From the NCBI GenBank assembly GCA_947627475.1, contig CANQWE010000005.1, positions 1-59,621 of the forward strand: 59,621 nucleotides of DNA, in the 5' to 3' direction. Within the stretch, counting starts at the first letter, position 1. Every line of letters begins with the position of its first letter. Shown piece by piece: positions 1 to 10,506 of this stretch. A program made the position numbers and the translations under genes. The notes under the pieces are model-generated. The model did not search any database. It saw only the letters and a list, made by a program, of their open reading frames with translations, and had not been told where the DNA came from. Source of the DNA: an uncultured Clostridia bacterium. Its GTDB lineage: Bacteria > Bacillota > Clostridia > Oscillospirales > CAG-272.

Positions 1-1001
1 CCGTCCTGGGAGAAGTATTTCACGCCGCAGCCGTAGTCGCCGCTCCATTCGTCCACCATAGCATTCTTGCAGAAGTCTACGGGAACAAATGCAAGCTCGT
101 TGAGCCATCCGGTAATGTTGCCCTGGCCGTCTACGTATCCGCCGGCCTCACTGGTACCCATTGCCACACCCAGCACGTTGGTATCGTCCAAATCCATAGC
201 GCCGGCAAGAGCGGTTACATCGCCGTCGTTTGCAACCTCCACCGGCACGTCGCCGATTTCCCCTGCCACATTGATGTACATATTTTTCACGTGCTTTTCA
301 AAGTCCTCGTCAGACACTTTTAGGAAAAGAGAAGCAATCATGATCTTGTTGTCGATGTAAACGCCTGCAGAGGAAACGCCGATAGCATCTACCCGGGGCA
401 TGTGGGAAGCCGCTGTCTTCATCGCGTCCAGAATTCCCTCGTAGTGATACATAGGATCTGACTGCAGCTTAGGAAACCAAACTACCTCTTCAGAATATAC
501 GGTTTCCCCGTCGATTACAGCGCTGACCTTCCGGTCGCTTCCGCCGGCGTCAAAACCGATGCGGCAGCCTTCCAGATGACGGCCTACCGGCGCTGCCGCC
601 TGGTAAGCCTTGGGAGCGTCCTTTACGTCAGCCACATACTCTACGGCAAAGGGCGCTTCATATACCCGTGCCATAAAGTCTGCGTCAAACTCTCTGGCGC
701 CGCCCTTCTGATATGCGGCTGCAATGCCTTCGTAAATCTTCCGGGATCCGGAGATGGTTACCTTATACCCGCCGTGGATCCACAAAAGCGTTTTTACAAT
801 CCGCTCTACGATATCATAGTTTTCCTCATCGTGGCCGGTTCCTTCCGGATAGACGTCCAGCTGGTAGGTGGAAACAAATCCCTTGTTCCGTTCTACGGCA
901 ATGGCCAGCGGTGCGCCGCCTGCCTCTGCCACAGCTTCTTTATATGCTTTCACCACCAGCGCCATAGGCTGGAACTGGGGATCGAGAATTGCATTAATCA
1001 T
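1..1001 (-). CDS. ROK/ASKHA-family sugar kinase (putative GlcNAc/glucose kinase of the nag cluster); C-terminus cut by the window edge
   Basis: Absent from the ORF track because it is open at the window edge. My translation of the minus strand from ATG 1001..999 gives MINAILDPQFQPMALVVKAYKEAV...GCRIGFDAGGSDRKVSAVIDGE...AIGVSSAGVYIDNK...EVANDGDVTALAG. DxGGS and NDG..A motifs are typical of ROK/ASKHA kinases. It lies directly downstream of nagA-nagB on the same strand. Confidence 0.6.
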   Translation of the reverse strand, partial: MINAILDPQFQPMALVVKAYKEAVAEAGGAPLAIAVERNKGFVSTYQLDVYPEGTGHDEENYDIVERIVKTLLWIHGGYKVTISGSRKIYEGIAAAYQKGGAREFDADFMARVYEAPFAVEYVADVKDAPKAYQAAAPVGRHLEGCRIGFDAGGSDRKVSAVIDGETVYSEEVVWFPKLQSDPMYHYEGILDAMKTAASHMPRVDAIGVSSAGVYIDNKIMIASLFLKVSDEDFEKHVKNMYINVAGEIGDVPVEVANDGDVTALAGAMDLDDTNVLGVAMGTSEAGGYVDGQGNITGWLNELAFVPVDFCKNAMVDEWSGDYGCGVKYFSQD

Positions 1002-1024
1002 TTTCTTTTTTCCCTTCCGTTTTA

Positions 1025-1816
1025 TTAAAGTGCCTTATATGCTTCCAGCGCAGATGCTGCTTCCTCATCCAAAATAAAGGTTACGTTCGGGTGCAGCTGC
1101 AGGATGGACGCCTGGCACCAGGGTGTGATTTCGCCTTCCAGGGCATCCTTGATGGCCTTTGCCTTTGCAGCGCCGTTTGCAACCAGAACGATCTGCTTTG
1201 CATTCATAATGTTGCCGATCCCCATGGAAAGGGCAGCACGGGGCACCTCGTCTTTGCTGTTGAACAGACGGGAATTTGCCTCAATGGTACTCTCGGTCAG
1301 CTCTACTCTGTGGGTTCCCCAAATAAAGGTGTCGCCTGGCTCATTGAAACCGATATGTCCGTTGTTGCCGATCCCCAGCACCTGCAGATCGATTCCCCCT
1401 GCAGCTTCGATAGCCGCATCGTAATCGCTGCATTCTTTTTCCCAGTCAGCAGCCTTGCCGTCCAGCACGTGGGTTTTGTTTATGTCGATGTTAATCTTGT
1501 GGAACAAGTTCTTGTTCATGAAATACCGGTAGGACTGATCATTCTCCGGATCAATGGGATAATACTCGTCCAGGTTGTAGGTGGTGACACCGGCAAAGTC
1601 GACTCTGCCTTCCTCGCAAAGCTGTGCCAGATTGCTGTAAAGTCCCAGCGGGGAGGTTCCCGTCGCCAGACCCAGCATAAAAGTAGGCTGGTTGCTGATC
1701 GCGCCTGCTACAATGGACGCAGCTTTTTTGGACAGGGCTTCATAACTGCCCGCTACAAATACCCGCACTCCGCTTTTCTTGCCGTTGCAATAAGCTTTTA
1801 CTTCATTTTCCCGCAT
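1025..1816 (-). CDS. nagB: Glucosamine-6-phosphate deaminase
   Basis: 263 aa ORF. LGLATGTSPLGLY, YNLDEYYP and GIGNNGHIGFNEPG motifs are typical of NagB. It overlaps the nagA stop by 19 nt, so the exact start is uncertain. Confidence 0.9.
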   Translation of the reverse strand: MRENEVKAYCNGKKSGVRVFVAGSYEALSKKAASIVAGAISNQPTFMLGLATGTSPLGLYSNLAQLCEEGRVDFAGVTTYNLDEYYPIDPENDQSYRYFMNKNLFHKINIDINKTHVLDGKAADWEKECSDYDAAIEAAGGIDLQVLGIGNNGHIGFNEPGDTFIWGTHRVELTESTIEANSRLFNSKDEVPRAALSMGIGNIMNAKQIVLVANGAAKAKAIKDALEGEITPWCQASILQLHPNVTFILDEEAASALEAYKAL

Positions 1817-2946
1817 ACTGTGTTTCCTCCAATGATTGTTTTTTGTATATTGAATTGATCATCAAAGATGATAATATCCGCACATTTCCCCGCTGCAAGG
1901 GAACCGATCTTGTCGTCCACGCCCAGCGCCTTTGCAGGGTTGAGGCTGGCGCATGCCACAGCCTCGGCAACAGACAGATCTGTATTCTCATACAGGTTGC
2001 GCACGCCCTCGTTCAGTTTCAGAACACTGGCGGCAATGGTGCCGTCCTCCAGCAGGCACTGGATACCCGATTTCTTTACAGGCTGACCGCCAAGGGTATA
2101 AATGCCGTCCGGCATACCGCCGGCACGCATACAGTCGGTAATTAGGCACAGCTTGTCTTTCTTGATTTTTGCAACCAGACCGAACAGGCCCTTGTTCACA
2201 TGGAAGGTATCTGCGATCAGCTCGCAGCTTACGTTATCCGAAGAAAGCGCCGCTCCCACCACGCCGGGATTTCTATGCATAAGAGGCGTCATGGCGTTGA
2301 ACAGGTGGGTGGCGTGGCGCACACCAGCCCCGATGCCTGCCATTGCTTCTTCGTAGGTAGCACCGGTGTGTCCCATGGAAACCAGCACTCGACCGTCTTC
2401 ATATACCTTCCGGATACATTCCAGTCCCCCGTCCATTTCCGGGGCTACGGTAAACACGGATACAATGTCCGCGTTATCCAGAATAAAGTCTGCATCGGGA
2501 CGCAGGATATGCTCTTCTGCCTGGGCGCCTTTTTTCGACGGATTAATAAAGGGCCCCTCACAGTTTACGCCCAGCACCTTTGCGCCATAGCAATCGGTGC
2601 GGCTCTTGACCCGACGCACCGTGTCAAACGCAGCCAGGATTTCCGCTTTGGAAACGGTCATCGTAGTGGGGCACCAGGACGTTACGCCGTTTTCAGCCAG
2701 CGCCTGACACATTTTAAGAAGGCCATCTTCCTTAGCGTCGGATGTGTCCTCCCCGGCATAGCCGTGGATATGCATGTCCAGAAGGCCGGGAGCCACATAC
2801 ATACCTGCAGCGTCGATCCCTTCATATTTGCTGACATCTACAGCGGATGCGTCTGCGATTTCCACGATGGTATCGTCAAACAGAAGCGCCTTGCCCTCCA
2901 CAACTGTATCTGGGAGAACAAGCTTTCCATTTATAATACATTTCAC
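1798..2946 (-). CDS. nagA: N-acetylglucosamine-6-phosphate deacetylase
   Basis: 382 aa. It has the amidohydrolase HIHG motif (LLDMHIHGYAG) and NagA-like length and order. GTG start at 2946 is preceded by GGAGG. Confidence 0.9.
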   Translation of the reverse strand: MKCIINGKLVLPDTVVEGKALLFDDTIVEIADASAVDVSKYEGIDAAGMYVAPGLLDMHIHGYAGEDTSDAKEDGLLKMCQALAENGVTSWCPTTMTVSKAEILAAFDTVRRVKSRTDCYGAKVLGVNCEGPFINPSKKGAQAEEHILRPDADFILDNADIVSVFTVAPEMDGGLECIRKVYEDGRVLVSMGHTGATYEEAMAGIGAGVRHATHLFNAMTPLMHRNPGVVGAALSSDNVSCELIADTFHVNKGLFGLVAKIKKDKLCLITDCMRAGGMPDGIYTLGGQPVKKSGIQCLLEDGTIAASVLKLNEGVRNLYENTDLSVAEAVACASLNPAKALGVDDKIGSLAAGKCADIIIFDDQFNIQKTIIGGNTVCGKMK

Positions 2947-2996
2947 TTTCTTTATACCTCCATGCTATATAATAGCCAAATCTTCCCTTATAAGAT

Positions 2997-3025
2997 ATTA
3001 TACTCACCTGTCTAGATAAAATCAA
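2997..3025 (-). promoter_or_regulatory. Sigma-A type promoter for nagA (TTGATT-17-TATAAT)
   Basis: The minus strand reads TTGATTttatctagacaggtgagTATAAT about 50 nt upstream of the nagA start. Confidence 0.6.
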
Positions 3026-3123
3026 TATGAAATGAAATTTTCTCCTTATTATTTTGGTTTATCATTCCAGACGTCAAAAGGAGAAAAGCATAGGCTCTTC
3101 CCTCAGTCACCATAACATCCTTT

Positions 3124-3215
3124 CTACGCCTCCCCTAATAAAGGGGAGGACGTAGATCGGGGAAGCCCCCTTGTGTAAAAAGGGGGGCAGCGCAGCTGAC
3201 GGGGGGATTGTTCCC
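3124..3215 (+). repeat. Mosaic GC-hairpin intergenic repeat, copy a (modules D-A-B)
   Basis: CTACGCCTCCCCtaataaaGGGGAGGACGTAG hairpin, then CCCCCttgtgtaaaaaGGGGGG hairpin, then CAGCGCAGCTGACGGGGGGATTG. This is near-identical to the minus-strand sequence at 36447..36490. Confidence 0.8.
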
Positions 3216-3299
3216 ATCTCTCTTTTTTCCTGTTGTGACACAGCCTTTTAGAAAAAGCCTCCCGCACGCTGCAAGAAGCCTTTTCATTTAAATGTTTTT

Positions 3300-4916
3300 T
3301 CACCGACGGCCGTTTTGTAAAAACTGAGGAGCAATGGCAAAAGCGACCATTCCAAGAAGCATGTCTACAAGGGCCACTCCTGCAAGTGCCGGAACCACCG
3401 CGTCAAAATTCAGGCCAATGATAATAATCACCACTGCCGGCAAAAGCCCTATGTATACCAGCAGCACCTGGATAATGGATTTTACTCCCTGGGAGACAGA
3501 CACCGGCAAAGACAGATCTGCCAGGGCCCCTGCATTGGCAGAAAAGAAATCCAGGGAAACGATAAAGAGTATGCCTGCCAGGGCCGGGAGCACCGCCCCC
3601 TGCCCCAGCAAAACTGCAGAAATAAGAACTGCCGGAAGCAGATCCAGCAGGCAGGCTACGCTGCCGGACAAAATCGTCCACCAAAACTTCTCATAGGCCC
3701 CGGCCGGCAGAGTCACAAAAAAGCTGGCTTTCAGTTCTTCTGCCAGCGGACTGCCCAGAGAGCGAAAATAGGCCATCACCCCCAGCACAGCGATTACCCA
3801 GTACATGCCCCCGGGCACTTGGGTTTTCTCCATCACAAACACAGTAAGCAGCGCCGCGAAAAGATACACTAGCATGGTGTTCGTAACAAACCCAAACCTG
3901 GAAAATCTTCTCCGGTTGTACATATTTTTATAAAACAGGGCGACAGCGCCGCTTCCGCCGATTTTCCCGTTTCGCAGCAGCCGTTCGCTGCGATCCTTCT
4001 TTCGGGTTACAACGCTTCCCTTTTCCTTCGCCTGTGCCAAAACCGCCGCTGTTTCCTCAGATTTGGCCATGGCGTCTTCATAAAAGTCTGCACGGATACG
4101 CCAGATTCCCGCAACAAGCAGCACAATCACGCCGATACAAAGGGCACCCATTCCTGCAGCTGCCAGAGAATTTCCTGCCAGAGAAAAGTCGATCACCCCT
4201 TTGATCCAGCCCCATATGGGAACAAACAGCGCCGCTTTTCCATTGAAGAAAGCAAAGGCGCTGTCCAAAAGCTCGCCCCCGCCCCTTTGCCAATAGGAGA
4301 GAAAGGACAGCGCCACTGCAGCACACAAAAGCAGCACTGCCGGGATAACATATTTACGCAGGCGCACATGGGTGGCGGTCACTGTATACACAAGCACAGA
4401 CAAAAGTTGACCTGTAATGAGCGTCAGCCCCCAAACTGCCAGAATGGCGATACATGCGCCAAGGGGGATACCCATATTGAGATATAAATTGGGGATCTGG
4501 AAAATCAGGTACAGCCCTGCGGCAATCAGCGCCCCCATTTTAAAAATCAGCCGAAACAAAAGCACCGACTGCGGCTTCATGGGAGCTTGGAACAACAGGT
4601 TTACATCTGCCATCTGAAAAATACCGGATCCGGACTTTTCTCCCGTCGCCACGTTCCAGAGCAGCACCACAAAAATAATACCGCCGCTGACCAGAGAAAT
4701 CATATTCGCTGTGAAAACCGGATCAATTTCTTCCCCCGTCTCCTCTGCCAGCGCATCCTGCGCCGTATCCTCTCCGGCGCCGCCGAAAAATGCGCCGGCA
4801 AGCCCACCTGCAAATCCGATAGCGGCACAAACCAAAATCACCACCACATAGGTTTTCATCAGCTTGCGGATCTGATTCCACAGAGTATGGGAGGCATAAT
4901 AGAAAAACGCCTTCAT
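3300..4916 (-). CDS. Multi-pass membrane protein, putative ABC exporter permease partner
   Basis: 538 aa and very hydrophobic, with many predicted TM segments. ATGA overlap with the upstream ABC ATPase gene (4913..4916) indicates translational coupling. Confidence 0.6.
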   Translation of the reverse strand: MKAFFYYASHTLWNQIRKLMKTYVVVILVCAAIGFAGGLAGAFFGGAGEDTAQDALAEETGEEIDPVFTANMISLVSGGIIFVVLLWNVATGEKSGSGIFQMADVNLLFQAPMKPQSVLLFRLIFKMGALIAAGLYLIFQIPNLYLNMGIPLGACIAILAVWGLTLITGQLLSVLVYTVTATHVRLRKYVIPAVLLLCAAVALSFLSYWQRGGGELLDSAFAFFNGKAALFVPIWGWIKGVIDFSLAGNSLAAAGMGALCIGVIVLLVAGIWRIRADFYEDAMAKSEETAAVLAQAKEKGSVVTRKKDRSERLLRNGKIGGSGAVALFYKNMYNRRRFSRFGFVTNTMLVYLFAALLTVFVMEKTQVPGGMYWVIAVLGVMAYFRSLGSPLAEELKASFFVTLPAGAYEKFWWTILSGSVACLLDLLPAVLISAVLLGQGAVLPALAGILFIVSLDFFSANAGALADLSLPVSVSQGVKSIIQVLLVYIGLLPAVVIIIIGLNFDAVVPALAGVALVDMLLGMVAFAIAPQFLQNGRR

Positions 4917-5614
4917 CGCTCGCCCTCCGTAATTTCAAAGAACAGATCCTCCAGGCTTTTGTCTCCATCCTCTACCTGGCTGCGGGTCACATTGGCGCGT
5001 ACCTGTCCGCCCTGCATGATCACAGTCCGGTCCCACAGCATATCCACGCTGTCGATCATGTGGGTGCTCACAAGCACGGCACGGCCCGCATCCCGCATTT
5101 CCTGCATCATCGTCTTGAGCTCTTTGATGGCATGGGGATCCAGCCCCACCATAGGTTCGTCAAAAAGCAGATACTTTGGTCTGGGCAAAAGCCCCAGGCA
5201 CAGACTCAGCTTCTGCTGCATTCCCTTGGACAGCTCGTCTCCGAATTTTTTTACTTTATCAGTCATTTCAAAGCGCTCCAGCAGCTGGTCCGCATAGGCC
5301 TTATAATCCTCCAGTTTATATACCCGGGCGATAAATTCCATATGCTCCCCAACCGTCAGATTAGGGTACAGGGCAGGCATCTCCGGCACATACCCCATGA
5401 GTCGCTTTGCCGCCACACTTTTGCTGGGCTGATTATCTACTGTGATGGTTCCGTTATACCGCAAAAATCCGGTGATCGATTTCATAATCGTGCTTTTGCC
5501 CGAACCGTTAGGGCCCAGAAGCACCGTAACGCTGCCCGGTTCCATCGTAAAGCTCACCTGATCGCAGGCTGTCACCTTCCCGTACCGCTTGATTACATCG
5601 CTTACTACCAACAT
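4913..5614 (-). CDS. ABC transporter ATP-binding protein
   Basis: 233 aa. Walker A GPNGSGKST, signature LSKGMQQKL, Walker B LLFDEP. Confidence 0.9.
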   Translation of the reverse strand: MLVVSDVIKRYGKVTACDQVSFTMEPGSVTVLLGPNGSGKSTIMKSITGFLRYNGTITVDNQPSKSVAAKRLMGYVPEMPALYPNLTVGEHMEFIARVYKLEDYKAYADQLLERFEMTDKVKKFGDELSKGMQQKLSLCLGLLPRPKYLLFDEPMVGLDPHAIKELKTMMQEMRDAGRAVLVSTHMIDSVDMLWDRTVIMQGGQVRANVTRSQVEDGDKSLEDLFFEITEGER

Positions 5615-5633
5615 ATATTGACTCCCAAACCTT

Positions 5634-6923
5634 TCAAATTTTTCCTTTTACGATGCAGCCGTCTCTTCCAACCGGATAGACAGGCAAAATCTGACCGGTG
5701 CAGTCCTGCTGCGTAGGAATTTCACACGGAACAAAATGTTCCGTGTGACCGGTTGTAATACCCGCTTCCCATTTTTCTGCCAGCACATATACCGGACGCG
5801 TCTCATGCTCTGCAATATACCGATCCAGGATCCCGTCCTGCACGTCTTTTTGCACGCCTGCCAAATACGCGCTCCGACGCTTTTTCTCTGCGGGGGCGAT
5901 TTGGTCCGGCATATCGGCCGCCTCTGTGCCGCTGCGCACAGAATAGGGAAAGATGTGTACGTGCAGAAACTCTGCCGTCCTGCAGAATGCTGCAGTCTTC
6001 AAAAAATCTGCTTCCGTCTCTCCGGGGAAGCCTACAATGATATCGGCGCTAAAGGTCAGACCGGGAATTTTCTCTCTGGCCCGCGCCATATTTTCCAGTA
6101 CCCTTTCGGCAGTGTACCGCCGACGCATCCGGTGTAGCGTACGGGTACACCCGGACTGTACCGACAGATGAAAATGGGGCAGCAGATGGGAAAGGGCGGC
6201 GGCATGCGCTAAAAAGGAAGGACGCAGAACCGTAGGATCCAGAGAGCCCAGGGCGATCCGGCGAATGCCGGGGACCTGGTCTACCAGTCCCAGAAGCGTT
6301 TCCAGATCCATATTTTCCAGATCCCTTCCGTAGGAACCGGTTTCAATCCCCGTCAAAATCACCTCGCAGCAGCCGGTACCAGCAATGACAGACGCCTCCG
6401 CCACCACCCGGTCCGCCAGCTTGGAGCGTACCCGTCCCCGGGCTGCCGGGATAATACAATAAGCGCATCGGTTTTCACAGCCGTCTTCAATTTTTATATA
6501 AGACCGGGCCCGCCGGGGCGCATGAATCTGCAAATCGTCCCAGTCTGCCGTCTGTATATCGGATACGGTACATCCCACGCATCCGCCCTGGACAAGGGTA
6601 TATGCAATGTCCGGGATCCTCCCTTTCTCTCCGTTGCCGACCACGGCATCGGCGCCCAAAGCGGCTGCAGCATCGGGAGAGACCTGGGCAAAGCATCCTG
6701 TAACGATGACAGCCGCGTTCGGCGCAGCTCCCGCCGCCCGCCGGATTAGCTGCCGGGACTTGCGGTCGCTTTCCCCGGTGACCGTACAGGTATTGATGAT
6801 CACTACGTCGCTGTCCGCTCCAAAGGGAACCATTGTAAAGCCTTTGTCCTGCAGACCTTCTCGTATCGCATCCGATTCATATTGATTGACTCTGCACCCC
6901 AGGGTGCAAATAGAAGCTTTCAT
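5634..6923 (-). CDS. mtaB: tRNA (N6-threonylcarbamoyl-A37) methylthiotransferase, radical SAM
   Basis: 429 aa. N-terminal MTTase domain (TLGCRVNQYESD) and radical SAM CAYCIIP motif. Length fits MtaB/YqeV. Confidence 0.85.
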   Translation of the reverse strand: MKASICTLGCRVNQYESDAIREGLQDKGFTMVPFGADSDVVIINTCTVTGESDRKSRQLIRRAAGAAPNAAVIVTGCFAQVSPDAAAALGADAVVGNGEKGRIPDIAYTLVQGGCVGCTVSDIQTADWDDLQIHAPRRARSYIKIEDGCENRCAYCIIPAARGRVRSKLADRVVAEASVIAGTGCCEVILTGIETGSYGRDLENMDLETLLGLVDQVPGIRRIALGSLDPTVLRPSFLAHAAALSHLLPHFHLSVQSGCTRTLHRMRRRYTAERVLENMARAREKIPGLTFSADIIVGFPGETEADFLKTAAFCRTAEFLHVHIFPYSVRSGTEAADMPDQIAPAEKKRRSAYLAGVQKDVQDGILDRYIAEHETRPVYVLAEKWEAGITTGHTEHFVPCEIPTQQDCTGQILPVYPVGRDGCIVKGKI

Positions 6924-7064
6924 ATAAAAGACGCCCTTTCGTGGGTATAAAAAGCGTTGTCACGGCAAATGACTGCGCCTGAAAAAAGTATAGCATACCG
7001 GAAAATCAAAGTAAAGAATATTCCACGCCTGTACTTGGATTCGTGCAATTTGTAGAAAATAGAC

Positions 7065-7093
7065 TTGCAATGACAGCTGCTGCCGTGTATAAT
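7065..7093 (+). promoter_or_regulatory. Sigma-A promoter for upp (TTGCAA-17-TGnTATAAT)
   Basis: TTGCAAtgacagctgctgccgtgTATAAT, with an extended -10 TG, about 70 nt upstream of the upp ATG. Confidence 0.6.
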
Positions 7094-7161
7094 ATGTAAA
7101 GAATAACATTTACAAATTCGGACAAAAAAATTCTTTTGCATAGCGCGGAAAGAGGAACAAT

Positions 7162-7791
7162 ATGGGGAAACTGCATATTATCGATCATCCTATGATCATG
7201 CATAAGCTGACACTGATGCGGGATAAGGACACTGGCGCCAAAGATTTCCGGCAGCTGTTGAATGAAATTTCCATGCTGATGGGATATGAGATCACCCGGG
7301 ATCTTCCCACAGAAGATGTTGCAATTGAAACGCCGGTGGCCCGGATGGCCGCAAAGAAAATCTCCGGTAAAAAGCTGGCCATCGTTCCCATTCTGCGGGC
7401 AGGTCTTGGCATGGTAGACGGACTTTTAAATCTGATCCCCGTTGCGAAAGTAGGCCATATCGGTCTATACCGGGATCCCGATACCCACACGCCTGTGGAA
7501 TATTACTGCAAAATGCCTCCGGATATCAACGAGCGGATCGTCATTTTGGCGGATCCTATGCTGGCTACCGGCGGCAGCGCTGCAGATGCCATTACCATGC
7601 TGAAAAAGCGGGGCTGCACCACCATCAAGCTGATGTGTCTGGTAGGCGCGCCGGAAGGCGCCGAGTTCGTGATGCAGCAGCACCCGGATGTAGATATTTA
7701 TATTGCCGCTATGGACGAGCGTCTGAATGAGCACAAATATATTATTCCCGGTCTGGGAGACGCCGGCGACAGACTGTTCGGCACAAAATAA
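7162..7791 (+). CDS. upp: Uracil phosphoribosyltransferase
   Basis: 209 aa. [25 protein letters not shown]-terminus and PRPP-binding [12 protein letters not shown] motif. Confidence 0.95.
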   Translation: MGKLHIIDHPMIMHKLTLMRDKDTGAKDFRQLLNEISMLMGYEITRDLPTEDVAIETPVARMAAKKISGKKLAIVPILRAGLGMVDGLLNLIPVAKVGHIGLYRDPDTHTPVEYYCKMPPDINERIVILADPMLATGGSAADAITMLKKRGCTTIKLMCLVGAPEGAEFVMQQHPDVDIYIAAMDERLNEHKYIIPGLGDAGDRLFGTK

Positions 7792-7825
7792 AAAGACGGC
7801 CGGGCAGATATTTATCGTAGTAAAA

Positions 7826-7850
7826 CCACCGGTCCCTGCCGGTGGTTTTC
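7826..7850 (+). terminator. Rho-independent terminator after upp
   Basis: CCACCGGtccctgCCGGTGG followed by TTTTC. Confidence 0.75.
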
Positions 7851-7879
7851 ACACTTTTCCCCGGACGAAAGGAACGCAT

Positions 7880-8875
7880 ATGCTCCGCATCACCCTGAAT
7901 AAAAACGACGGCGGCCAGCGCCTGGACAAATTTCTGCAAAAGTCCCTGCGGGGTCTGCCTACCGCCCTTATGTACAAGTATATCCGCAAAAAACGGATCA
8001 AAGTAAATGGAAAACGGGCAAAGGAAAATCAAATTCTAAGAGCTGGAGATCTGATTGAGCTGTATATCCCGGAGGAGTTCTCCAAAAATGAAGCGGATAC
8101 GGCAGAGCTGGATCGGGTCCGTACCCAGCCCCGGATCGTATACGAAGATGAAAACATTCTGATCTGCGACAAACGCCCGGGTATCCTCTCTCACACAGGA
8201 GACAGAAACGAGACAGGGGCAAAAAATATCGCCCAGCGGGAAACGCTGATTTTTATCCTGCAGGCATACCTGTACCGTCGGGGGGAATATAATCCAAAAG
8301 ACGAAACCTCCTTTGCACCCGCCTTGTGCAACCGGATCGACCGGAACACCGGCGGCATTGTAATCGCGGCCAAAAACGCTGTCGCCCTGCGGGAAGTAAA
8401 CCGGCTGATTCGGGAAGGAAATTTAGACAAACGATATCTTTGCGCCGTTCACGGCAGGCCAGATCCCCAAAACGCCGTACTGGACGGATATCTTTTCAAA
8501 AATTCCCGGACCAAAACTGTATCGGTTGTTTCCTCCCCCATACCGGGCGTCAAACGGATCGTCACCGGCTATCGCACCCTTTCCTATAATCGGGAGCAGG
8601 ATCTTTCCCTCTTGGAGATTCATCTGGAAACCGGGCGCACCCATCAAATCCGCGCCCACATGGCATGGGCCGGGCATCCCCTGTTGGGGGAAGGAAAATA
8701 CGGACACAATAAAGAGGATCGCGCCCTGGGATTTTCCCACCAGGCTTTATATGCCTATCAGGTCACTTTTACTGTACCGGACGGTCCCCTGGCATATTTG
8801 AATGGGAAAACCTTTTCGGTAAATAAAGAAAACATCGATTTTTTGAAATTATTTTCATGGAGAACAGAGCATTGA
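7880..8875 (+). CDS. RluA-family 23S rRNA/tRNA pseudouridine synthase with N-terminal S4 domain
   Basis: The track ORF starts at 7727, but the terminator at 7826 and the family N-terminus favour ATG 7880 (MLRITLNKNDGGQRLDKFL). Catalytic NRIDRNTGG motif. Confidence 0.85.
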   Translation: MLRITLNKNDGGQRLDKFLQKSLRGLPTALMYKYIRKKRIKVNGKRAKENQILRAGDLIELYIPEEFSKNEADTAELDRVRTQPRIVYEDENILICDKRPGILSHTGDRNETGAKNIAQRETLIFILQAYLYRRGEYNPKDETSFAPALCNRIDRNTGGIVIAAKNAVALREVNRLIREGNLDKRYLCAVHGRPDPQNAVLDGYLFKNSRTKTVSVVSSPIPGVKRIVTGYRTLSYNREQDLSLLEIHLETGRTHQIRAHMAWAGHPLLGEGKYGHNKEDRALGFSHQALYAYQVTFTVPDGPLAYLNGKTFSVNKENIDFLKLFSWRTEH

Positions 8876-10506
8876 AAACCGCCCCGGATACTATAGCAAA
8901 ACAAAAAGCACGGCTGCGCCCCGTGTTTTTGCTGTATGCCCTTTGCGGGATTCTGACCGCCTTGCCCATGGTCTTCCCGCCTTTGTGGATCCTCAGCTGG
9001 ATCGCCCCGGCGCCTGTATTTGCCGTATCCTTCCTTGCACCCCCAGTGAAAAAGCATCCTCTGCGACGGGCATATGGGAGGGGACTTTCCTTTTTCTACT
9101 GCTGGGGCCTTGTTGTTTTTTACTGGTTCATGGAACTGTATCCTCTGGATTTTGCCGGACTGGACAAATGGGGGTCCCTTGCCGTTATCCTGGTGGCATG
9201 GTTCGGTCTGCCCCTTTTGCAGGCTGTGTTCTCTGCCTTTGTATTTCTTTTTATACACATGCTCTCTGTAAAATACAAAGCACGTGGCCGCAGCCTCATT
9301 TTATCCCTTGCAGCGGCCAGTCTCTGGATCTTTTTCGAATGGATCCAAACGCTCACCTGGGCAGGAGTGCCTTGGGGCAAGCTGGCACTGACCCAAACCG
9401 GGTGGCTGCCCCTGATCCAAAGCGCGTCTTTGCTGGGCTCCTATGCCGTAAGCTTTCTCATCATTTTCTGTGCGTCCCTGCTGGGCTGTGCCTTACTGCA
9501 TTGGAACCGGCATCTCCTGAGGCGCGCGGCTGCCCTCTCAACCGCGGCTTTGTGTGTACTGGGGGGAAACCTCGCATACGGTTTGCTTCGCTGCAGCCTG
9601 TATCAGCCGAAGGGAGAGCCGGTCACTGTGGCGGCTGTCCAGGGAAATATCAATGCTTCAGAGAAGTGGGATGATAAAACAAACAGCACCTTGGATGTGC
9701 ACGAGACGCTGACGCTGGCGGCCGCTGCTGACGGTGCAGACCTGATTCTCTGGCCGGAGACGGCGCTGCCCTACGTATACAGCGCCGGAGGGCGTCTGGA
9801 CAAATATCTCACCGATCTGGCAGGGGAGGCAGGCGTTCCGATTCTGGCCGGCTTTTTCATCCAGGACAAGGAGCAAAACCTGTACAATGTGATCGGCAAG
9901 GTAGATCCGGATACAGGCGTGGGAGATACCTTTTATAAAAAGCGCCGCCTGGTTCCCTTTGGGGAATTTGTACCCATGCGGGACATTGTGATGTTCCTGA
10001 TCCCTCCCCTGTCTCAGCTGTCCGCTCTGGAGGACGACGTCACGCCGGGCACCGATCCGGAGCTGTTTGATACAGCCTATGGAAAGGTGGGATCGGTGAT
10101 CTGCTTTGATTCCATCTACGAGGCTTTGATTTTAGACAGCGTACGCTCTGGGGCAAATTTGCTCTGTATTTCTACAAACGATTCCTGGTTTGAAGATTCG
10201 GCTGCTGTATACGAGCACAACGCCCATGCAAAGCTGCGGGCAGTGGAGACAGGACGCTATGTAGTACGTGCCGCCAACACCGGCATTTCTTCTATCATTA
10301 CCCCCACCGGTAAAGTGACGAAAAGTCTGCCGCCTCTGGTGGAGGGATATATTTTGGATGAAGTATATATGATATCGGAAAATACATTATATACTATGGT
10401 AGGCAATATTCTTGTCCTGGCTGCAGGTGTATATGTGTCCGCTCTGCTCCTTTGGCCCCTGGCCGGCAAAAAAGACCGGGAGGCAGTCCATGACGATACA
10501 AATTGA
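8857..10506 (+). CDS. lnt: Apolipoprotein N-acyltransferase-like (multi-TM N-terminus plus CN-hydrolase domain)
   Basis: 549 aa. Hydrophobic N-terminal half. The C-terminal half has the nitrilase-superfamily E-K-C triad context (LILWPETALP, YKKRRLVPFGEF, GSVICFDSIYE). It overlaps both flanking genes. Confidence 0.75.
   Translation: MENRALKTAPDTIAKQKARLRPVFLLYALCGILTALPMVFPPLWILSWIAPAPVFAVSFLAPPVKKHPLRRAYGRGLSFFYCWGLVVFYWFMELYPLDFAGLDKWGSLAVILVAWFGLPLLQAVFSAFVFLFIHMLSVKYKARGRSLILSLAAASLWIFFEWIQTLTWAGVPWGKLALTQTGWLPLIQSASLLGSYAVSFLIIFCASLLGCALLHWNRHLLRRAAALSTAALCVLGGNLAYGLLRCSLYQPKGEPVTVAAVQGNINASEKWDDKTNSTLDVHETLTLAAAADGADLILWPETALPYVYSAGGRLDKYLTDLAGEAGVPILAGFFIQDKEQNLYNVIGKVDPDTGVGDTFYKKRRLVPFGEFVPMRDIVMFLIPPLSQLSALEDDVTPGTDPELFDTAYGKVGSVICFDSIYEALILDSVRSGANLLCISTNDSWFEDSAAVYEHNAHAKLRAVETGRYVVRAANTGISSIITPTGKVTKSLPPLVEGYILDEVYMISENTLYTMVGNILVLAAGVYVSALLLWPLAGKKDREAVHDDTN

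Noticed and set aside
67-1077. Plus-strand ORFs at 67..360, 576..1028, 713..967 and 868..1077.
   Set aside because: The minus strand across 1..1001 translates into a continuous ROK/ASKHA kinase with proper motifs and an ATG at 1001. The plus-strand ORFs are shadows of it.
3005-3020. Possible NagR/DasR-type (dre-like) operator TCTAGACAGGT within the nagA promoter spacer.
   Set aside because: Only one half resembles the GGTCTAGACC core, and the other half does not match. No GntR-family regulator gene is present in the window.
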